From contig OZ024742.1 in assembly GCA_964016885.1 (NCBI GenBank), forward strand, positions 9,858,001-9,922,000: 64,000 nucleotides of DNA, in the 5' to 3' direction. How positions within the stretch are numbered: position 1 is the stretch's first letter; the number at the start of each line of letters is the position of its first letter. Position numbers and translations under genes: made by a program. The notes under the pieces are model-generated. The model had not been told where the DNA came from. It did not search any database and was given only the letters and a program-made list of their open reading frames with translations. Positions 1-11,242 of this stretch are shown here, one piece after another. The stretch is from Eledone cirrhosa. Taxonomy: Eukaryota.

Positions 1-520
1 CAATCTCCACAATCACCACTACTATTACTACTACAGCTACCCCCAACCTAACCACTACCACTATAACACTACCACCATCTCCACCATCACCACTACTATC
101 ACTACTACAGCTACCCCCAACCTAACCACTACCACTATAACACTACCACAATCTCCACCATCACCACTACTATCACTACTACAGCTACCCCCAACGTCAC
201 CACTACCACTATAACACTACCATAATTTCCACCATCACCATTACTATCACTACTACAGCTACCCCCAACGTCACCACTACCACTATAACACTACCACAAT
301 CTCCACCATCACCACTACTATCACTACTACAACTACCCCCAACGTCACCATTACCACTATAACACTACCACCATCTCCACCACCACCACTACTATCACTA
401 CTACAGCTACCCCCAACCTAACCACTACCACTATAACACTACCACAATCTCCACCATCACCACTACTATCACTACTACAGCTACCCCCAACGTCACCACT
501 ACCACAATCTCCACCATCAC
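1..520. repeat. 74-bp ACC/ACT-rich minisatellite, degrading into (ACC/AAC/ATC)n to ~710
   Basis: 'c(a/c)atctccac' recurs at 1, 75 and 149 (period 74); unit contains 'ctacagctacccccaac'. Confidence 0.85.
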
Positions 521-742
521 TACTACAACTATAACCACCACTACCATTACTACTACAACCACCACCAACAATAACCCTACGACTACAACCATAACTTCAC
601 CAACCTCCACTAAAACCCCACCACCACCACCACCACCAACAACAACAACATCATCATCATCACCAAAACCACTACCAACATCATCATCACAAAAACCAAC
701 AACAACAGAAGCTATATCAATAAATATAATAATGAAAATAAC

Positions 743-930
743 CGTTTCTACTTTTGGCACAAGGCCAGCAATTACTCAGTGCATTACTGGTACTTTATTT
801 TATCGACCCCGTAAGGATGAAAAGCAAAGTTAACCTCGGCGGGATTTGAACTCAGAATGGCAAGGGCCGTAACTCTATATTAGAAAGCATGGCGTCCGAC
901 CCTCTACCGATACTTCCAATCCACCGCCCT
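743..930 (-). mobile_element. tRNA-derived SINE (octopus-type), full length
   Basis: Minus strand reads ggcggtggattggaagtatcggtag (A-box-like) ... ctgagttcaaatcccgcc (B-box) ... gaggttaactttgcttttcatccttacggggtcgataaaataaagtaccag ... ggccttgtgccaaaagtagaaac. Many copies occur in the window. Confidence 0.9.
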
Positions 931-947
931 ATAATAATGAAAATAAT

Positions 948-1125
948 TGTTTCTACTTTTAGCACAAGGCCAGCAATTACCAGTACATTACTGGTACTTT
1001 ATTGTATCGACCCCGTATGGATGAAAGGCAAAGTTAACCTCGGCGGGATTTGAACTCAGATCATAAAGGGACGTAACTATGCTGGAAAGCATGTCCGAGC
1101 CTCTACCGATACTGCCAATTCACTG
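948..1125 (-). mobile_element. tRNA-derived SINE, second copy in tandem
   Basis: Same motifs as 743-930 (cacaaggccagcaatt, gttaacctcggcgggatttgaactcaga). Confidence 0.9.
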
Positions 1126-1216
1126 AAAATAATTATTAAAAACATGGGGTGATAATGAATGAGACGACAATGGTGACGTCATTATAACACTAAAGACAAC
1201 AATAAATATATAGAGT

Positions 1217-2520
<1,304 letters not shown>

Positions 2521-2547
2521 ATAGTTTCTATTGACCCCGTATAATAA

Positions 2548-2648
2548 TTGTTTCTACATTTGGTACAAGGCCAGCAATTACTCAGTACATTACTGGTACT
2601 TTATTTTATCGACCCCGTAAGGATGAAAGGCAACGTTAACCTCGGCGT
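2548..2648 (-). mobile_element. SINE 3' half (5'-truncated)
   Basis: gtttctacatttggtacaaggccagcaattactcag...gttaacctcggcg. Confidence 0.85.
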
Positions 2649-2996
2649 GATAATAATGTTGGTTATCGATAAAGTTAGCATTGATGAAATATATTTATAA
2701 GGATGTTAAAAGGTACCACACTTATTAACGAAAATGTTGCGAAGAAGCTACCCCTACCTAGTCAGTCAACATATTAGAAATAACAGCAAAATCTCCAATA
2801 TATCAAATATGGGTATGTATGTATACACATATACAAATATATGTACTTATATGTCCATCTCTTGTTTCTGTCGCCTTACTTTCTAGCACTCGTTATCAGT
2901 AACGACACAGCCCAATCCGAGACCCCCAGTAGACAACTGATGAGGAAAACTCCCCTCCGCGTTCTTGCTTTCTTCTTATTCCCACTCCATTTTAAG

Positions 2997-2997
<1 letters not shown>

Positions 2998-3042
<45 letters not shown>

Positions 3043-3048
3043 GACTAC

Positions 3049-3107
<59 letters not shown>

Positions 3108-3271
3108 TAGAGAGAGAGAGAGAGAGAGTAGCAATGTCAAATAATGTCAGTGAAATGTCTTATATAACTTGTAAAATAAGTATATGTGAAATTATTTGTA
3201 TTGAAACATTTGTAATATTTTAAGTGATTTGGGAAACGTAATGTATCATCTTCATGCGTTATATATGTATA

Positions 3272-3326
<55 letters not shown>

Positions 3327-3405
3327 TATATATGTATATATTATATATGTATATATGTATATATTTGGTGTATATATATATATATATATATATATAATTA
3401 TATGT
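2998..3405. repeat. (TA)n and (GA)n microsatellite cluster
   Basis: Read directly from sequence. Confidence 0.9.
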
Positions 3406-4309
3406 ATGTGAACGCACTCTTTTGGCACGGATTATATACAAATGAAAGATGTCAGCAATAACGTTATATAGTTTTTCATGAAATATCGCCTAAATCAGTC
3501 AGTTGCTGAGAAGAAAAGACCACTGTGTGAAGTAAAATGTTATTCTATGCAGATATCAGTTTGTGATCGTGCATATACTTTCTGATAAATATACAACTAA
3601 ATTCGATACTGTTTCTACTGGAAGCCAACACTGGCACAAATGCTGCGGAATAAAGCCAAAACTTAAGCCTCACATTAGCTACACGGTATCTCTAATGACT
3701 CTAAATTACTAAGGTAAAATAACAAAACAATAATTAAAGAGTATTTGAAATTGTGTAGTGGCTGTCATCTAAAAGAACACAGTCCATCCGATCTCTAGCT
3801 GCCAAGACCTGGCAAAGATAGAAGCCATTCATAGCTTTGACAAACAAGTTAGTTACACCAGTCGGAAATAATGCACAATCGATAAAATTAACGACTTAAC
3901 TACTTTCTTAAATTGATACATCTAACCGCTTAGTTAAATGAAATCAATACATAAAGCAAAATAAATGTTATATATACACCTGAGAGTATCGGTCCATTTT
4001 TGAAAGAGCTACGTGGCTCTGAGTAAAATCTGTAGAGATTTACACAGTGATATCAAATATCGGTTAAGTCTAATGTTTATAAAATAAGAAACCATTGACT
4101 GAGAGATCGGAGGTTTGTAAGTTCCCAGCTATGCTGTATCTTTTACGTGGTCAACTCACTTAAGTCTCAACAGCCTATTCCATCTAGCTCCGAGTGGAAA
4201 CTCATGTAACCATTCATTAGAAGTGTTGTTCTTTTAGAGAATTTAAGATGAAATACGTTCCAACCATGACTGTCATTTCTTTCAATAAGTATAATGTATT
4301 GAAGAGTAG

Positions 4310-4460
4310 AAGTGGGAGACTCGTTAGAACGTCGATTAGAATTCTTTGCAGTATTTGTTTTGGCTCTCTGCTCTCTGAGGTTGAATCCCGCCGTGGTCAA
4401 CTTTGCCTTTCATTTATTCAAGGTCGATAAAAAGTACCAGTCTCATACTGGGGTAGATTC
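4310..4460 (+). mobile_element. diverged SINE copy
   Basis: ctgaggttgaatcccgccgtggtcaactttgcctttcat...ggtcgataaaaagtaccag. Confidence 0.75.
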
Positions 4461-5349
4461 ATCCTCTATATCTCTTTCTTCCTTCCATTCTCTCACTATC
4501 TATTCTTCTCTAGAAGAAATCTGTTGTATCCAGACTTGGAGTGGAATTGGGATCTGCGAGGTTTAAAAAGAAATGCACTACATACGCTGTATGTCAAATT
4601 TACGACCCTAGAGCGCCCTCGAAAGTTACGAGTCCTTACATACATCTGAAAGTAGATTATAAAATGTGTTGACTTTAGTGTGTGATTCTGCAACTATTTA
4701 AATTACCATGAAATAGAGAAGATGTTCATGCAATAGCGAGTTCTAATTCGACCCCAAGATAGCCACTGAATGATATGAGAATAAGACTAGAGTTTTCGTT
4801 TAAATCGATTTGTTTCTTTTAATTTCTTACCATGATAGCGACCAATAGAAAGTATCCACAATGGAAAGTCCAATGGAAACATTGTTTCCTTGGTCATATA
4901 TGACGAGTTTCATCCCGCTCACTAAGAAAATAAGGTCTCGGATCTTGTCGATTGTCTGTATATTATCACATATGAAATGAAAATTGCTTTGAAAATATTA
5001 AATATTCTTATCTCTTTAAAGGAAAACCATTATGCGTAAATCTGTTTGATATGCAATCACAGAATAAAGAGGATTCCGAACCGGAAATAAAACAATATGT
5101 CCCACAGAGAAAACACAAACATAAGCTTTATAGAAAATCTCACAAACACTATACCCGATAAACAAACTACATAGTACGAATGTAACCACAATAAGTGAGA
5201 GGCAAGGGATTTATAAAGCCAGGATATGGTAACACAAGTCATCTTGTATTTCATCCAGCTCCACAGGGTCTAGTCAAGCAGGGGACGTAATCCATCGCTG
5301 AATTTAAATATAAAGTATGGTAAATTTTGTCTGAAACCTTCATCCTTTT

Positions 5350-5542
5350 GCCAATATAATAATTATTTCAACTCTAGGCAAGTAATTATTGAGGAGGTGA
5401 AAGGTGGTAATATTGATTGGTATTTTATTTTATAGGCCTGGAAAGGACAAAAACAAAATTATGATCGAATGTAGTTGGACTCAAAGAAACAGAACAAATA
5501 CTGTTAAACATTTTGTCAGACGCTCTCACGATTCTTCCAATC
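5350..5542 (-). mobile_element. highly diverged SINE copy
   Basis: tggtattttattttatag...gaaaggacaaaa...tggactcaaag...cattttgtcagacgctctcacgattcttccaat. Confidence 0.45.
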
Positions 5543-5704
5543 GATTGAGTTCATAGAGAGTTAAACTCATAGAAAAATAAGACAGGCATCTGCAGAAAAT
5601 GGATGTGGAATCTGATAGCTACAATATTTATCTACATGGGAAGACGTGTCGTATTGAGTTTTACTAAAATGTAGTAAAAGTAACACAATTTCTTCCTCAT
5701 TTTT

Positions 5705-5895
5705 TACACACATGTGGACACATTCACATACATGTGAACATATGCACACATATGTGAACACATTCACACACATGTGGACACATTCACACACATGTGGACA
5801 CATTAACATACATGTGAACATATGCACACACATATGTGGGCACACGCAGACTCATGTGGACACATGCACACAAACATATACACACGAACATGTAG
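5705..5895. repeat. degenerate ~20-bp CA-rich tandem repeat (cacacatgtggacacattca)
   Basis: Repeated acatgtg(g/a)aca motifs. Confidence 0.8.
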
Positions 5896-5981
5896 ACTCA
5901 GCTACCCGAAAATAACATCTTTATCTGTATGTATATAAGAACCTATCAGGTCACTGAAATAAATTTCTAGCAAACAACTTG

Positions 5982-6023
<42 letters not shown>

Positions 6024-6180
6024 TACACCTTACTATATATATATATATGTATATTAAGGTGTATTATTGGTTGTGTAAAACGGTCGAATAACTTTGTTAG
6101 CAATATTAAGTTCTCCACGCTTTTGTATATCTCCAATTCCATTCAAGGGAACAGCTAGATGATGTAAAACGGAGTATAAG

Positions 6181-6550
6181 TATCAAGATGAAAATCTGAA
6201 GGCAAGGTAAAATTCCAATCATTTTAATCACGACACATGTTTCAATAAGAGATAGATCGATCGTAAAGCAATGATCAATTGTCACTGATCTCATCAGGTG
6301 AAAATGGATTGTCTTCAAATTCTTGATATGAGGTAGAAAATTAGCAATGTTCACTCACAGAGTTTATTCCCTCATATGAAGATCCAGTAGTCAGAAATAC
6401 GGCGACTGCTATCAGCTTCAGTTAGGATCATAAACTGTCAAATCTCCATAGCTGCAAAGAACGCTGGACATTAATCAGATCTGTAGAAAGACAGTCGGTC
6501 ACAGTTAATGTGAGTGGGTACACACACACTCAACACCCATACACACCGGC
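6181..6550 (-). repeat. 3' pLTR of element A (inverted partner of 13498-13868)
   Basis: Reverse-complement match with a handful of substitutions. ORFs 6106-6354(-) and 13695-13952(+) share the same N-terminal translation. Confidence 0.9.
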
Positions 6551-6597
6551 TCGAGGTCAAAGAAATATATATATATATATTCACAGGAACCAGTAAG

Positions 6598-6691
6598 ACC
6601 CCGACGGCTGAGCTCAAGCCGTTTCGACGGCTAATTCTGGACTAAATGAAAATTTATCCTGGTATTTAAATAGCCGAGCTTCTCAAGGGGT
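6598..6691 (-). ncRNA. type I hammerhead ribozyme fold, U3-A8 variant (3' pLTR of B)
   Basis: Minus strand: ACCCC TTGAGAA Gct CGGCTA...TAGCCG tC GAAA CGGCT-tgagctc-AGCC GTC GGGGT. Confidence 0.7.
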
Positions 6692-7762
6692 AATTCCATA
6701 TATGGTCAAAGTGATTGTCACAAGGATTGGTCACAAGTTAGTAGTAATTCTGTGATTGCAAATTAGTGGGGGAAGGGGTAGCTAAACCTGCCAGTAGGAG
6801 AAAAAGGGGAGGGAGTGGAGTAGACCCAGTCATGCGTTGGTAGTGCCGGCTACAGCTGGGCGTGAGGTCAAAGAAGATACTAGGGAGGGGGAGGGGGAGG
6901 AAGTCGAAACGGTAAGTAGAACAATGAAGGGTAAAAATATATAAAAAAATATACTGCGAGTGATAAAAAGCGAATAAATGTAAAGAAAAAAATATGCAAT
7001 TTCGACGACCTAAGTCTCTCGCTATTGCTAGGCTAAATAAATAAATAAGTAAATAAATAAATAAATTAAAAAAAAAAAAAATAATAAATAAATAAACTAG
7101 GTGGGACGGTATAAGAGGGGACCCTTTTAAGGGGTATAAGTACGTATATCATACGGTGACGGGTCAACAAGGGGGGGGGGGGGCAAAATACTAAAGAAAC
7201 TACCACGAAATAATTAATAAAGGTTTCTACCCCAGGCACAAGGCTAGCAACCACCCAGTGCAGAAAAGTAAACTAGTACGAAATAATAATTCAGAGTCCC
7301 GAAAAAAATATACTAATGTTAACTCTAAGGGTACCGCCACGCTACAAAAGTTCTTATACAAACTACAAGAAAGTTCATACGAAGTAAAAGTAAAATACGG
7401 AAAATTAATTCGGAATCCCCCCCGCCCAAAAGAAAAGAGAAGAAAGAAATACTGAATAAACGAGAAATTAAAGCAAAGATGCCACTAAGAAATATAGAAG
7501 GCACGGAAAAAAGGGGCAACGGTCGGATAAGGGGGCAAGTATCCGAGGTCTAACACAACTGCTATAAAAAGCGGAGTCTGCCAAATCTATCATAGAATAG
7601 GGGAGGGGTGGGGGTACTGAGGCTACAAGGGGCTGAGGGGCTGCCTCGGGTGGGCGAGAAAAAGACGCCGACAAAGAAAAAGAACTGGGGTAGAAGGACT
7701 AGGGAGGGATGGGGGGAAGAAGGAAATATAGAGGAAGCGATAAAAGAATATGAAAGAAGATC

Positions 7763-9180
7763 TTACGTCTCCCTTGGGAAGCAGGGGTTAGCCATTGCAA
7801 AATCGGCAAGTGGGGTGTTATAGCCCTGGTCTACCCCCCCCCCCCCTCCCCCCTGGTCATAATGGGGTTTGAGGGCGAGGTAAGTCCTACGCAATCTGTG
7901 TTTACATGCAGTAACCAGTTCAACTTTCTTGTTTAGGAGTTGGTCCGTCGAAAACAGCATTTGTAAAGTTTCCTCCGAGCATAAATTGCACGGACGGCGT
8001 CCTCCCGTGTAAGAGTTGGCTCTGGACAGTAATCTCCAAGTGAGATCATAGGTAATGTTGTTGTCCTTGAGGTCCCATATGTGGCCCGAAAGTGTAGTGG
8101 CGTGACGCCGGGCCGGGTTTCGGAAGGTATGTCTGTGTTGGTATAGCCGGGTCTTGAAGTCACATGCGGTTAATCCTATATAAGCTTTGTTGGAGGTGTC
8201 CGTCCTCACGTTGCACTGGACGCCGACAAAGAAAAAGAACTGGGGTAGAAGGACTAGGGAGGGATGGGGGGAAGAAGGAAATATAGAGGAAGCGATAAAA
8301 GAATATGAAAGAAGATCTTACGTCTCCCTTGGGAAGCAGGGGTTAGCCATTGCAAAATCGCGTGACGCCGGGCCGGGTTTCGGAAGGTATGTCTGTGTTG
8401 GTATAGCCGGGTCTTGAAGTCACATGCGGTTAATCCTATATAAGCTTTGTTGGAGGTGTCCGTCCTCACGTTGCACTGGTAGATCACATTACGGTCTCTG
8501 CATCTGTTGTCGAGGGGGCAAATGGATCTATCAGGACAGTTGCACCTCCTGGTCGGCTCTCCACTGCTATTTAGGTTATTTCTTCCATCGGGGTTCAGTT
8601 TTTTGTTGTTGGAGGAGACGATGTTTTATGCGAAGTTGGGTGTAGTGCTGTAAGAGTGTTTGATGGTATTTTTGTTAATTATGTTGTGGTAGCGGTGTTG
8701 TAGTGGGAAGTGTTTTTCAATGAGCCTAAAGAATATTTTCCCGATGGGAGTTGTCACCTCTGCGTTGTGGGGGAGGATTGAACCATGTTACATTGCGTGA
8801 GCGGCGGTGTCGCCTGCTGGTTCCGCTAATGGGAGCTGGACAGTAGGATATTTCCTCCCGGAAACCACTCCGCTTGAGGGACTGGTTGTAATAAGGCGCA
8901 TGTTCATCGAATACCTACTCATTAGCTGACAAACGGGATATGCGGAGGGAGATGTTTTTGACCAGGTTGTTGGTGATGTTCCTAGGATGGTTTGATCGGC
9001 GGTGGATGTAGTGCAGGTTGTCATTAGGTTTGGTTTCCTGTATGGGTAGTACAGGTCGTTATCGAGGTCGAGGGTAACGTCCAAGAAGTTTACTCGGGTC
9101 AGGGACGTTTGTAGGGTTATTTTAAATCCCCAGTCGCGCAAGAAGCTGATTAATTCTTTACGGTCCCGATCTGTACTACT
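7763..9180 (-). pseudogene. element B ORF remnant: end of RT, thumb, CxC..CP...C linker, GIY-YIG endonuclease; frameshift, stops, internal duplication
   Basis: Motifs VNFLDVTLDL, YPYRKPN, SNHP, RNVTWFNPP, NKNTIKHSYS, CNCPDRSICPLDNRC, VIYQC..AYIG, CNLCSEE, LLNKKVELVTACKHR. Confidence 0.9.
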
Positions 9181-9221
9181 GTAGTAGTACAGATCGGGTC
9201 CGTAAACAATTAGTATATTTT

Positions 9222-9468
9222 TTAGTATATTTTTTTCGGGACTCTGAATTATTATTTCGTACTAGTTTACTTTTCTGCACTGGGTGGTTGCTGGCCTTGT
9301 GCCTAGGGTAGAAACCTTTATTAATTATTTCGTGGTAGTTTCTTTAGTATTTTGCCCCCCCCCCCCCCCTTGTTGACCCGTCACCGTATGATATACGTAC
9401 TTATACCTCTTAAAAGGGTCCCCTCCTATACCGTCCCACCTAGTTTATTTATTATTTTTTTATTTTTT

Positions 9469-9503
<35 letters not shown>

Positions 9504-9958
9504 GCCTAGCAATAGCGAGAGACTTAGGTCGTCGAAATTGCTTGTTTTTTTCTTTACATTTATTCGCCTTTTATCACTCTCAGTATTTTTTTAAATATAT
9601 TTTTACCCTTTATTGTTCTACTTACCGTTTCGACTTCCTCCCCCTCCCCCCCCCCCTCCTTAGTATCTTCTTTGACCTCACGCCCAGCTGTAGCCGGCAC
9701 TACCAACGCATGAATGGGTCTACTCCACCCCCTCCCCCTTTTCTCCTACTGGCAGGATTAGCTACCCCTTCCCCCACTAATTTGCCATCACAGAATTACT
9801 ACTAACTTGTGACCAATCCTTGTGACAATCACTTTGACCATATATGGAATTACCCCTTGAGAAGCTCGGCTATTTAAATACCAGGATAAATTTTCATTTA
9901 GTCCAGAATTAGCCGTCGAAACGGTTTGAGCTCAGCCGTCGGGGTCTTACTGGTTCCT
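9222..9958 (+). repeat. inverted 5' pLTR of element B
   Basis: Reverse complement of 6585-7316. Confidence 0.92.
9852..9945 (+). ncRNA. type I hammerhead ribozyme fold, U3-A8 variant (inverted pLTR of B)
   Basis: Stem I acccc(9852)/ggggt(9941). Core TTGAGAA 9857-9863. Stem II cggcta/tagccg. GAAA at 9918. Stem III cggt/gccg. GUC at 9938-9940. Confidence 0.7.
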
Positions 9959-11242
9959 ATTACCCACTCTACTACCCTAAGTATTGAGTACTTTGGTGCG
10001 TTATGGTCCACCTGGTTCCTTACCACATTTCCTTCGTTATATATATACACATATAAACACAGCATCAAACCTGTAGACCTATAGAAGGTCACAATTAGTG
10101 TGAGTGGGTACTCACACACTCTCACACACATCGAAGCAATGTCATAGAAAAAACAACAAATATAAGAATAAGAATATACCAACACAGCATTCACCGAAAG
10201 TTCGTTTACAAAACAACAAATGCTACATTGGTAAAATCTCAATTTGACGATGAAAATTGGAAATATTGGGTTAATCACAGCCCCATACACATACACACAC
10301 ACATACAAGTAAGTAAGTTCAATTCGGTGTTCTGTTATACATGTATAGATTGAATTGTAACATCCGTATCTTCAAGTGTATGTCATGGTATATACACATC
10401 CGTATCGTCCGAAAAAGTGTATGTTAGGTATATACACATCCATGTGAAGAGCAAGCAATCAGCTCATATCGAACCCAGTATGTATCGCTGTCCCATTGAG
10501 AGTCTGAGTCCCCAAAACCGTGAGTGCAAGCAACCGCAATGTAGGCCAGCAAGGGGCTCTGTGTAGGGTTCGGTATTTGGGTTAATGTGTCAGTAAGTGC
10601 GATTTCCGGTCAAATGGGCCCTTGTGCTTTTAAGATAGGTGTTTGAGTGGCGGAGGTGTGTTATCCAACACAAAAGGTAAAGTAAATGAGAAAGGATAGC
10701 AAAACCCAGAGGATGTGTGTAGGCCCATTAATGGTGTGTAAGTATTATTGTTCAATCCGTAACTGTGAGCACTCTATGGTTAGATGATCACGGATCAAAA
10801 CTTAGTGTAGTGTTCAATCGGTAGGAACGTGACCAGTCGCAACTGTGGGAACTCAATGTCTAAAGAAATCGGGTACTGTGTGTAGAGTTATGCATAGAGA
10901 GCGTAATCGGTACTAACTGAGTGTGCAATACGACTAGCTATATCCCAAACGAAAGAACTCAATGGTTAGGGTATATTCAAGTAAAGTTAGATGCTCGTAA
11001 TCGGTCTTGCCTGAGTGTGTAATCAATTACTAACTAGGTATACTGAGTGTGTAATCAATTCTAACTATTTACTAGCTAGGTATTCTAAAAGTGCACTCAG
11101 CCGTGAGAACTCTGTGGAAACAAGTCAGGTACCGTTTGTAAGTGTGAAAACAATCTTAGCCGTCTAACTACCTGAGTGTGTGACTGTCTGTTTATTGAGA
11201 GAACTCTATGGCTAAAGTAGAGAGGGAGGAGTTAGTGGTAGG

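Larger units (their letters stand above)
6581..10040 (-). mobile_element. Penelope-like retroelement B (Naiad-like), 5'-truncated, nested in a (TA)n tract of element A's 3' UTR
   Basis: Thumb and GIY-YIG frames at 7763-9180. 6585-7316 is inverted at 9222-9958, with an extension to ~10040. (TA)n flanks both sides. Confidence 0.85.

Noticed and set aside
1-760. Thr-rich mucin-like or Val-rich ORF
   Set aside because: The 74-bp period is not a multiple of 3, and the listed ORF starts inside a SINE end.
2915-2965. Hammerhead candidate 'ctgatgaggaaaactcc'
   Set aside because: No GAAA follows stem II and no convincing stem I or III can be formed; at most a decayed remnant.
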